A stretch of 64,000 nucleotides of DNA, taken from NCBI GenBank assembly GCA_034669905.1, contig JAXMOL010000038.1, positions 17,367 to 81,366 of the forward strand, given 5' to 3'. This DNA is from Candidatus Hydrogenedentota bacterium (GTDB lineage: Bacteria > Hydrogenedentota > Hydrogenedentia > Hydrogenedentales > JAEUWI01). The notes beneath the pieces were generated by a model, which was not told where the DNA came from, did not search any database, and was given only the letters and a program-made list of their open reading frames with translations. This document shows positions 21,366 through 30,700 of the stretch, piece by piece; the first letter of the stretch is position 1, and each line of letters starts with the position of its first letter. Both the position numbers and the translations under genes were made by a program.

Positions 21366-23939
21366 CTACCTCTTGATGTCGCCGCGGCGAAAATTGCTGG
21401 ATGCCGTCGAACCGGTGTCGCGCCCCGTTATCGCCGCCGACTCTTCGAAGGTGGGACGGTGGGTCTTACGCCGCTGCCGTTTCTTTTTCACGCGCTGGAA
21501 AAATCCCTGGTCGAAGAGCTCGTCGAGATTGGTGTCGTGGTATTCGTTGAGCTTGTGGAGCGTCAAGCGCTCCATGTCGACGCTCTCTTTGACGATGTGG
21601 GGCGTAATCAGCACCACCAGGTTGCTCTTCTGCCGCGTGTTCCCCTTGGAGCGGAACAGGGCACCCAGGACCGGGATATCGCCCAACACGGGCGCCTGGT
21701 TGCGGGTGCGGTTCGTCGAATCGCGAATCAACCCCGCCAGCACGGCCGTAGACCCATCTTTCACCAACACCTTATTGGCAAATTCCGATTTGTTAGTCGT
21801 CGGACCCACCAGGTCCACGTTACCCACGTTGGCATCGGCCTCGGCGATATCGGAAACTTCGATGGAAACTTCCAGCAACACGTTGTCGCCTTCACTAATC
21901 TGAGGCGTTACCGTGAGCTTCACACCCACGTCTTCACGCTGAATCCGCGTGGTGCCGAAGGAGGTCGAGGTCACCTGACCATCCGCATTGGTCGCCGGAC
22001 GGGAACTACCCGTAATAAAGGGCACTTCCTTACCTACCGTAATCGAGGACTCTTCGTTATCGATGGTGGTCAGGCTGGGCTGAGAAAGCACCTCAAGGTC
22101 GGAGATGGTCTCCAGCGCCTGAAAGAGCACCGGCACAAAGGGTATATCCACCGATTGTCCGCCCACTTCAATGGAGAGGGAATCATAGACACCGGCGGAC
22201 AGGCCACCGCCCGAGCCCAGGCCGAGTACATCGGTGGCCAGGCTCGTGCCACCCGCCAACACCGTGGCCAGGTCCGCAACGGGAAGGAGTCCGGTAGCCG
22301 TCATGCCGAAACCATCTTCACCGCCTACACCCGCAGCGTTTACCGTGAGGCTGTAGTCGTCGTTGAGCGACACATCCATCACGCTGGCCTTCACATAGAC
22401 CTGACGCTGGGGCACATCAAGACGGGCGATAAAAGCCTCGAGCAATTTGTAATCCTGGGGCGAGGCCACAATCAGCAGGGAGTTGGTCTGGTCATAACGG
22501 GCCACCTGCACCTGCTGGTCGAAAATCTGCACCTCGGCCGATTGGGTGGCACCGCCACCACCACCGGGGGCCGCTGCATTGCCGCCGGCCGAAGCCTGAC
22601 GTCGGGGCGCCGTGCCCAGGAGGGGCTGGAGAGCCTGCTCCATCAGCTCGGCGTCGGCATTCAGCAATTCATAGATGTGCATGTTGTTGCGTTCGTAGGG
22701 CGTCGGGGAATCGAGGCGCACCACCAGGTCGCGCACCTGCTCCATCATGCCGTCGGTCGCCACCACGATGAGCGCGTTAAGCCGCTCGTCGGGCACCATG
22801 CGCAAGACTTCCTCGTTGGACCCAATCACTTCAGAGGTATTGGCGCCCGGAACGGTCCGCGTCGTGGGACGGGTCGGACGCGTGGTGGGGCGCACCGTCG
22901 TGGTCCGGCTGGAGGTACGACCGGCCGTGCCGCCATCTTCCGGTGCAAGGAGCACTTGCTCCAATTGGGTGGCGATGACGTCGGCCCGGGTGTACTCAAG
23001 GGTGAAAATTTCCATCCCCGTGTCGTTGCCCGGAATATCCGCCAGGTCGATAAAGCGCAACATCCGGCGCAGGCCGTTGGCCGTGTCGGTAATAATCAGG
23101 GTGCCGGTGGGCAGGTAGCTGTCGATCTTCGCCGATTTACTGCCGAGCTGCTGCAGGGCCGTCGCGATCTCGGAAGGGTCCGCATATTTGATCGGCACGA
23201 TGTGGGTCGAGAAGGTATCGAACTTGTCGGGCGGCAGGGTCTCGTAGTTTCCACCAATAACCAGGTCGGTCTTGTCTGGCTTCACATCGCCTGAAGGAAT
23301 AACCTGAATCATGTGGCCGTCCAGGTTTTCCACCAGGGAGAAGCCACGAGTCTGCAGTACCGACTCCAGGACTTCGTAGGCCATTTCGGGTGGAAACTTA
23401 TCGTGGGTGATAATCGTCACCGTCTCCGCCCCGATATCGGGGTCCACGTCGAAGTTCTTGCCGGTGAGCTTGGCGATGTGTTCGATCACCTCAATAAGCG
23501 GCTGATCGTTAAAATTGAACATCACGTCTTCGCCGGGCGTTTCACCCAGGGGAATGCGGCTGGCACCTTCGGCGCTACTCAGCTTGGCGCCACCACCAGG
23601 TTGGGGCGCGGCAGGGCGGGCCGGGGGGGGCACGGCCGTCGGACGGGCAATACGGGGACGGGTCGTGCGGGTGCCACTGCTTGGCGGCGCAGGGGGGGCA
23701 GGCGTGCCGGGCTTCCGGGTCGCCGTGCCACTGCTCGGGCGGGCCGGTGCGGGTTCGGGTTCAGGCTCCTCCATCTCCTCCTCCACATACTCCTCTTCCT
23801 CAACGATGTCTTCCGCTTCTTCTTCGACCAGCTCCTCTTCCACCACGGCCTCATCTTGCGCGTAGGCGGTGGGCGCAAGGGATAGCAATTCCAGCGCGAC
23901 AAGGAATGCGGCGCAACACGCGATACAATGCTTCAGCAC
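21366..23939 (-). CDS. gspD: T2SS secretin GspD
   Basis: Signal peptide (GTG 23939 with GAAGGA RBS; alternative ATG 23978), N0-N3 domains, LDVPQRQV, EDVGVKLTVTPQI, PVLGDIPVLGALFRS. Confidence 0.93.
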   Translation of the reverse strand: MLKHCIACCAAFLVALELLSLAPTAYAQDEAVVEEELVEEEAEDIVEEEEYVEEEMEEPEPEPAPARPSSGTATRKPGTPAPPAPPSSGTRTTRPRIARPTAVPPPARPAAPQPGGGAKLSSAEGASRIPLGETPGEDVMFNFNDQPLIEVIEHIAKLTGKNFDVDPDIGAETVTIITHDKFPPEMAYEVLESVLQTRGFSLVENLDGHMIQVIPSGDVKPDKTDLVIGGNYETLPPDKFDTFSTHIVPIKYADPSEIATALQQLGSKSAKIDSYLPTGTLIITDTANGLRRMLRFIDLADIPGNDTGMEIFTLEYTRADVIATQLEQVLLAPEDGGTAGRTSSRTTTVRPTTRPTRPTTRTVPGANTSEVIGSNEEVLRMVPDERLNALIVVATDGMMEQVRDLVVRLDSPTPYERNNMHIYELLNADAELMEQALQPLLGTAPRRQASAGGNAAAPGGGGGATQSAEVQIFDQQVQVARYDQTNSLLIVASPQDYKLLEAFIARLDVPQRQVYVKASVMDVSLNDDYSLTVNAAGVGGEDGFGMTATGLLPVADLATVLAGGTSLATDVLGLGSGGGLSAGVYDSLSIEVGGQSVDIPFVPVLFQALETISDLEVLSQPSLTTIDNEESSITVGKEVPFITGSSRPATNADGQVTSTSFGTTRIQREDVGVKLTVTPQISEGDNVLLEVSIEVSDIAEADANVGNVDLVGPTTNKSEFANKVLVKDGSTAVLAGLIRDSTNRTRNQAPVLGDIPVLGALFRSKGNTRQKSNLVVLITPHIVKESVDMERLTLHKLNEYHDTNLDELFDQGFFQRVKKKRQRRKTHRPTFEESAAITGRDTGSTASSNFRRGDIKR

Positions 23940-23992
23940 GGTCTGTCCTTCCGAAAGTGTTCGGCGGGCCCTGTCCATCAGGGTCCCGTAGA

Positions 23993-24916
23993 TTACTTTA
24001 AGTTGTAGGTAATGTTTTCAACCCGTCCGTTACGGAGAATTCCGATTCGGAAGGAGTTTACGTTCTGGTATTTCTGCACCATCTCAAGAATCTTTTGCTC
24101 GCTGTCGATCTTCTCATTGTTGACCGTCTGTAGCACGTCCCCATTCTCGAGACCGAGCTTCTTTGCCAACGGCACGTCAGAGATATCGGCCGCCGTGATA
24201 CCCGCGACGCGCCCACTGGAATCGCGGTAGAGCTCGGGCTTGACCTTGGTCACCAGGTCCACATAATTGACCTGGAGTTCCTGGATAAACTCATTCTTGT
24301 CCAGCTCGACGCGGGTCGCTACCTGGGCCGTTGGGCGTGAGGGCCGGTTAGACGCCGAAGCAGAGGGCGCATTGCCCGCCTCTTTGTCTTCGTCCATGCT
24401 CAAGCGCTCCAAGGTGGGCGGATTCTTCAACCCATTCTTGAGCACGACCCAGCGGGGGTGCACCTCTTCCAGGGTCACACTCGGAACCACCGTATCGCCC
24501 ACGAAGAAGAGCTGGCTGCCCGTCTTGCGGCTCGCATCTTCGATACTGGCGGAGGCATACACACTCTTTGCCGAAAGACTCGTGGTGCCCCACAGCGTAA
24601 GATTCAGCGTGGTCTCGATCACCTCATTGTCGGGCTCGGGCGGCGGGGGCGGTGCCGCGGGCACTTTGTCGGGATCGAATCGCCCGGCTTCCCCAAAGAG
24701 CCCATTACTCTTGATGCTGTCGTAATCTTTGCGGTCTCGCAATGCCACTATCAGGGGCGGTGCGGCCCGTAAGGCTTCCGTATCGTTTGGACTGGCGGAC
24801 ACCACCGGGGCTTCGAATAATTGCATCACGACCATCCCGCCGGTGAGCACGATCAGGCCAAAAAGGACCAGATAGAGCACCAGGAAACTTTGTCGTATGA
24901 TGAGACCACGTACCAT
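23993..24916 (-). CDS. gspC: T2SS GspC with PDZ domain
   Basis: TM, HR domain (LTLWGT), KLGLENGDVLQTVN PDZ motif. Confidence 0.88.
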   Translation of the reverse strand: MVRGLIIRQSFLVLYLVLFGLIVLTGGMVVMQLFEAPVVSASPNDTEALRAAPPLIVALRDRKDYDSIKSNGLFGEAGRFDPDKVPAAPPPPPEPDNEVIETTLNLTLWGTTSLSAKSVYASASIEDASRKTGSQLFFVGDTVVPSVTLEEVHPRWVVLKNGLKNPPTLERLSMDEDKEAGNAPSASASNRPSRPTAQVATRVELDKNEFIQELQVNYVDLVTKVKPELYRDSSGRVAGITAADISDVPLAKKLGLENGDVLQTVNNEKIDSEQKILEMVQKYQNVNSFRIGILRNGRVENITYNLK

Positions 24917-25217
24917 TTTTACCTCATATCCCTGGGGGGCATTCTATCGATTGGTGAATCCAATGTTCCGTCGCACAGGGCGTTCCGACCCTGGGGCCCG
25001 CCGTTTTGCCAGTGGTGCAACGTGTTGCAATCACTCAAGTAACGCCCGGTCTTCCAAGCAGGTTGACACGGACACGCCCCGTTGGCCTCTCCACGCCGTG
25101 CACCCCGGATGTCCACGGACCCAGGCCCGAGCCGCTAGTGTATCCCATTGCTTTTGGAAATCGCAACGGATGGGAGGCCAGGGTGGCCACACCACGGTCC
25201 CATCGGCCCGAGACCGT

Positions 25218-25254
25218 AAAAAGCGCGCACCCCCTAGAAATTGGGGATGCGCGC
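25218..25254 (-). terminator. Rho-independent terminator after the protease gene
   Basis: Minus strand GCGCGCATCCCC-loop-GGGGTGCGCGC followed by TTTTT. Confidence 0.75.
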
Positions 25255-25282
25255 AAATAATCTACCACAGGTAGGTGAAAAA

Positions 25283-27673
25283 CTAGTCCTCTTCCGCGGC
25301 GGCCTGATCCTGGGCGATGGCCCGCAGCTCCGCCATGTAGTCCGTCAGGGACATGGAAGCGGGAACTTCCGCACCCTCGGGAAGGGACTTCGCAATCCGG
25401 CTCTGAAGGTCCGCCGGTATGGCAACCGTATCTTCTTCGGACGCCGATTTCGCGTTGGAGACGCTGACCTTACCGCCCTGACCGTTGTAGACCCGATAGC
25501 CGAATCCGTCCACGTATTCGAGGTGAACGACAACCGTTTCGCCCTGCGAAAACTTCGCCAGGTCCGTCACTTCGGAAACCAGGCCACCCACGCGCCCGCC
25601 AAGCTGCGTCAGCGTAATGGTGGACTGCTTGTTTAACGTACCTTTAGCCCGATCGCTGATTTCAATGACCACGTCGGTGTAAATCTCTGAAGCGGTGGTC
25701 GCTTGCCGCGAAACCACGGAAGTGACTGTACCCGATACGATATCGGTCGAATTGGCAACCAGATCTTCCGTCGTCTGGAACAGCAACAGGGCCTGGGCAG
25801 GAATGCCAAACAGCAAACCACCCACGATCGCGAGCGCTGCGACGGCCCGCGCCACCCGACGGCGACGTCGGATTACCCACGCCCCCGCCAGTAACGCACC
25901 GGCCAGGACCAGCACATGGTCAAGACACCAGTACACCGCCACTACGAAGGCCGCCGTCAGGCTGTACGCCGTCGAATTGCCGAGCATATAGCGGGCGAGG
26001 GTCGGAGAAATTCGGTAATACGTATCCACTACAAAGCTTCCCAAGGCGGACTCCATCAGGATTCTGTCGCGAATGGAACGGACGGAGTTGGCACCCGTCA
26101 CCACGCCGGCCACACCGCCCATGTCCGCTCCAGCCTTCACGCCGGACACGACATTAAAGATACACACATCGTTGGGGTCACCAAACATAGGCCCGTCGCC
26201 CACAATGGACGAAATCGTGCGCTCCGTCTCCTTGCTGATCAGGGTCCCGCGCTGAAAATCCCAAACGAAGGGCGTTCCAGCATCCTTGTTGGAAATATCG
26301 ATAATATTGTCCACCTCGTGAAGCACTTCCGACGTAAACACGTTGTTGAACGCGGCCGTCGGGGGGAGGATGGAGTCCAGGATATCCGGATTCTGCTGGG
26401 CTTCCGGCGGCGCCTGGCGATCATAACCCGTGAAGTTCAGCGGATTGCTCGAGAACGTATAGTCCGCGTTGAACACGCCCGACTCCGTTTCCATCTGCTT
26501 CCAGATGTAGGGCAGTTCAAAACGACCTTCCCGTTCGGGATAGAGATCGCTGTTCACATAGAGCGCACTCAGCGTGCTGAAAACCGCGACGCGAGGCGTC
26601 GTTTCGTCATTATCCACATCTGCCCAGGCTACGATGTGTGCTCCCGGGATAGGCGCGGAGGGTAGAGCCGTACCTGGATTCGTACGCGTGCGCACTTCAC
26701 CGGTCAGATTGAAAAAGAGGTCCTGGCTACCACGGGGATAGAGCCACGCCATACCCGATATATCATCGGGCGCCAGGTCAGCACCGCCGCCCTGGCGGGT
26801 TCCGTTGCCATCAATCACGTCAAAGAGAAAGGGATACATGGTCGGCGTGACACCGATGCGACGACTTACCCCTGCGATGGAGTGACTGAGTACCTGACTC
26901 TCCACGAGACCCTCAATACTGGTCGGGTCACCAGGGACAGCCAGATCAGGGGCCAGGTTATTCAGCGCCGTATGGGTCAGACCATAGAAGTGCCCGATCT
27001 CGTGCACCAGCGTGGTCAGCAGATCCGATTGGGGCGCCTCGCCAGCCGCGGCGGGCCGGGTCATGGCACCATTGATAATGATGTCATTGTCGAGGATCGT
27101 ACCGGAACTGACCAATACGAGATCCGTACCGGACTGAATGGTGGACTCATCGATTGCCCAGAAGAAGCGATTGACACCCGCTACGCCATTGGCCAGATCG
27201 GGCACGATGATCGGATCTGGCACGACGTCTTCGTCGGCTTCGCCGTCACCGTCCAGATCCTGCGTGGTCGTAACCTGGATGGCAATCACATTGAGCGTAT
27301 CAAACTCATCCTGCCCCGTAAAGATGGGATCCTGGATCATGCCAACCACCCGGGTGGAGGCATAGGATTGGGGAATGCGTTCCCAGACTGCCAGGGCTTC
27401 CTCGACGATGGCGATTTCTGCATCGTTGAATCCGCTCTTACCATCTTCAATATAGACGGGAATACCTTCGTCCTCGCCAACCTCTCCGTCATTGTTGGTG
27501 TCGAAGAAGCTACGATTGTACTGCTTGTAGCGCAATACGCCCGTCGCATCGTAGGCACCGATGGGGAAAAATGCCCATGTGGTCGGTGCCAATACTACGC
27601 CGCAACAAAGTATTGCCAGTCCTAGTTTCCGTGTACGTGATGTCACGAATCCGCTTCCTTTCATACCGGGCAC
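25283..27673 (-). CDS. Secreted matrixin (M10)-like metalloprotease with CFI-box-CTERM-like segment, TM, internal signal peptide and a further C-terminal domain
   Basis: Signal peptide ending TWA; HEIGHFYGLTH at 26972-27004; PTMYP Met-turn; RSIRDRIL..G..VDTYYRISP motif; exact start uncertain. Confidence 0.8.
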   Translation of the reverse strand: MPGMKGSGFVTSRTRKLGLAILCCGVVLAPTTWAFFPIGAYDATGVLRYKQYNRSFFDTNNDGEVGEDEGIPVYIEDGKSGFNDAEIAIVEEALAVWERIPQSYASTRVVGMIQDPIFTGQDEFDTLNVIAIQVTTTQDLDGDGEADEDVVPDPIIVPDLANGVAGVNRFFWAIDESTIQSGTDLVLVSSGTILDNDIIINGAMTRPAAAGEAPQSDLLTTLVHEIGHFYGLTHTALNNLAPDLAVPGDPTSIEGLVESQVLSHSIAGVSRRIGVTPTMYPFLFDVIDGNGTRQGGGADLAPDDISGMAWLYPRGSQDLFFNLTGEVRTRTNPGTALPSAPIPGAHIVAWADVDNDETTPRVAVFSTLSALYVNSDLYPEREGRFELPYIWKQMETESGVFNADYTFSSNPLNFTGYDRQAPPEAQQNPDILDSILPPTAAFNNVFTSEVLHEVDNIIDISNKDAGTPFVWDFQRGTLISKETERTISSIVGDGPMFGDPNDVCIFNVVSGVKAGADMGGVAGVVTGANSVRSIRDRILMESALGSFVVDTYYRISPTLARYMLGNSTAYSLTAAFVVAVYWCLDHVLVLAGALLAGAWVIRRRRRVARAVAALAIVGGLLFGIPAQALLLFQTTEDLVANSTDIVSGTVTSVVSRQATTASEIYTDVVIEISDRAKGTLNKQSTITLTQLGGRVGGLVSEVTDLAKFSQGETVVVHLEYVDGFGYRVYNGQGGKVSVSNAKSASEEDTVAIPADLQSRIAKSLPEGAEVPASMSLTDYMAELRAIAQDQAAAEED

Positions 27674-27744
27674 GCGCTCGTCGGAGTGACCAGCTACATG
27701 CTTCGTTACTATCTACTCATTCTATACGCGGCCCGGTTTCAAGC

Positions 27745-30700
27745 TTAGTGGGCTGTTCCTGCATGCTTACGTTTCAATCCAATCAGCAACCCGCCGACTG
27801 CCAGAAGCAGTACTACCAGGTCACCCATCGGCATGGAGCCACCGCCCGCTTCACCACTGCAACTCGCCGGATACTTCGGCGGGTCAGCCTGACTTACATA
27901 TTCGAAGCCGTTGATCTTCAGATCTTGCGTGCCGTTGTTCTTGTTGCGCACGGTTACGTTGAGCATACCCACCTGCGAGAAGCCACCGGTCGGGAACTTG
28001 ACCATCAACTTGGTGCCGGAACTCGCATCCGCTTCGACTTCGTAGACCTCTACGAGCGTCTCACCGAAGTAGACTTCCGCACTCGCCGCTGTTGGCAGGT
28101 TCTCACCGATGAGGCTCACCGGGAAGTCCGATTTCTCGGCCCGGGCTGGCGACACCCGCGTGATCTTCGGCGCCACATCACCCGTCGAATTGGCCAGGGT
28201 GAAGAGGTTCGTGCGACTGGCTTCTTTGCCCGTCGACGGATTCCGCACGATGAGCACGATGGGCAACTGGGGCGATGCACCACTGGTGGTGGAGATGGTG
28301 ATGGAGATAGCCGTGTCCGTGGCCTCTGTCACCGTCACATCATAGCCACTCAGCACCACTTCCGGACTCGTGCCGAAGCCGCGGCCGAAGAGGACGAAGC
28401 TGAAGGGATTCGTATCCAGCGTCTGGGCCGGCAATTCGGTCGAAGAGGCCGACTCAATCACCACCGAGGTGGGACCCACCGGGATATCCCGACCTGTAAT
28501 CAGGCCTGAACGTTTTTTCTGGGCCGAATGCGTACGCACCCAGTTGTAACCACTCGAGTCCGTCTTGGCACCGGGGCGGTCACCGTCCATGAAGTAGCGC
28601 ACGGGCGCGTCTTTGTAGAAGGTAATGAAACCAACGCCACGGTTACCCCACGGGAATTCCTGGAACTTCTTATAGTCTTCCCGTGCCGGCCCATCGATAT
28701 TGATGAAGGTGTGCGGGTCCGGTTCCGTCGGGGTATTCGGACCCCAGGACACAATGCCCATACGGAAGTTGTCGCCTTCCCGCATTTCTTCGGAGGCGCG
28801 AACCACCACGAAGAAGTCCGGTCCGGCATTGGCACCTTCCCACGATTCCGGTACCCACTGGCGATAGCGCGGCTGCGTCGCGGGATCATCTCCCTCGAAG
28901 TCCGTACCCGGCGAGGACAGGACAAATTTGACCTGCGGCGCATCGCCAGACACACCACTCAGACGTGGCGCACTATCCAGTTGGAGCGGAATATCGATAC
29001 CCGCATCAAAGTGTCCATTCCGGTTTTCCGGATGGAAGTCATTATCGCGGTAGAGGGCGACACCGCTGAGACGCTGATCCCGCTTGAGCGGAAGCAGGTC
29101 CGTCACGATGTCAAAGTCAGCCGCGTTGGCTTCGTTATAGAATTCCACCACGAGCTGCTCAAGGAAGGTCGGGTTCTGCACGATCTTCCAGGCACCGTCC
29201 CGTGGCGTACCACTCAACAGGGTCAACGCCGTGGCACTGTTCCCCGTGATTTCATAGGTTTCATAACCGGAGTCCACCAGCCAATCGCCTGCGAAGTCAT
29301 CGGCGGTCCAGCCAGCGCCTGCCACCGTGAAGGTGAGCTCCGTACCCTGGCCACTGGTACCCTCGGCCCGCACCGCATCGGCGATGTTGGTCGAGACATC
29401 CAGGCCAAGGGCCGCAACGGCTGGTCCATTGATGTCAATCGTGGCCGTCTGACTGATCAGGTCCTGAATAATCAACGGCGTGTTCATCGTGAGCACATCA
29501 TGCCCATAGAAACTATGCACCGCGGATTCTTCCGGGTTCGCTTTCGTCAACGCACCGGCACTCGCCAGGCCCGTCGGCACGAAACGGATACCCGCGTCCT
29601 GTTGACCCTCTACCCGCGAGGGCAGTGAGGCCGGAACGACAACCCGAATCTGTTCCTGCGCGCTGGCGTTCGGCGAGACCTTAACCGTTACGAAGAGGTC
29701 ATTACCGGGCTGGGGCGAATCCAGATCCAGCGTCTTCTGGCCCACCTGTCCGGCAGACGATGCCGTGAGCAGCTTCTTGCTCGCCAAGGTGAAGTCGATA
29801 CCCGGGAATTCTTCCACCGCGATATCCAGCACGCTGGAGTCCGTGTCCGTACCGGTGACGAAGAATTCGGTCGCTGCGCGCAGCCCGTCCGTATTCGGGA
29901 TGGTACTGCCGCTGCGAATGTACTCTTCTTTCAAACGATGACGCAGACCCGAACCGGCACTGGCCGGCTCAGCCAGGAAGTCAAAGAGGTCGAAGACGAT
30001 GACGTTCTGGTGATTCGGGTTACGGGCCTCATAGGCCGGGAACCAGGTCGTCGCCACCCAGTCGGAGAACTGACGCGCCAGATCGGCCTCTGCGTCCGTA
30101 ATCTGTCCGGGCGGAAGGGGCGGTGCCGTCACCACCACAAACAGGGTGTCTGCGTTGGCTTCGAAAATCGCCTCCAGCGGCTCGTAGACATCCCCTTCAC
30201 CATTGGTGTAGATGCTGCCACTGCCCGCACCATCGGGATGCTGGAACACGGCCTTGTAGTTCTCAAAGGTCTGCTCTTCACTGAACGGCTCACCCGGGGT
30301 CGAACCCGGACCGCTCAGGATATTACTGAAGGCATCGCTGTTGAACATGATAATCCGGTTTTCACCGTCCGCGGTATCGTGGTCCTCGATACCCGAGTAG
30401 TAGTCGTTGAACCACAGCAGCCAGTGACGCATGTCTGTGAAGTTACCGGGCGTAGGCGCAAGGGAATCGGGGCGATTCGAATCCGCCGATACGTCGGTCA
30501 GCTCACGGATGTCATTCCGTTCGTCAATATACTCTTTCTCCAGCAGGGCGTCGCTGAGACCGCTGGTCAGCCAGTTGCTGCCCATGCTGTGGTGGATGTA
30601 CAGGAAGTCATCCGACGTGGTGCTGCTGCTGCCGCCACCGCCGGTGCTGCCACCGCCGGTTCCAGAGCCCGTACCACCGTTGGATTGGCCTTCGCAAATG

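Noticed and set aside
24917..25217. c-di-GMP riboswitch upstream of gspC
   Set aside because: A GGCAAA is present but the remaining GEMM elements are not; only short palindromes (TGCAAC-gt-GTTGCA) are seen.
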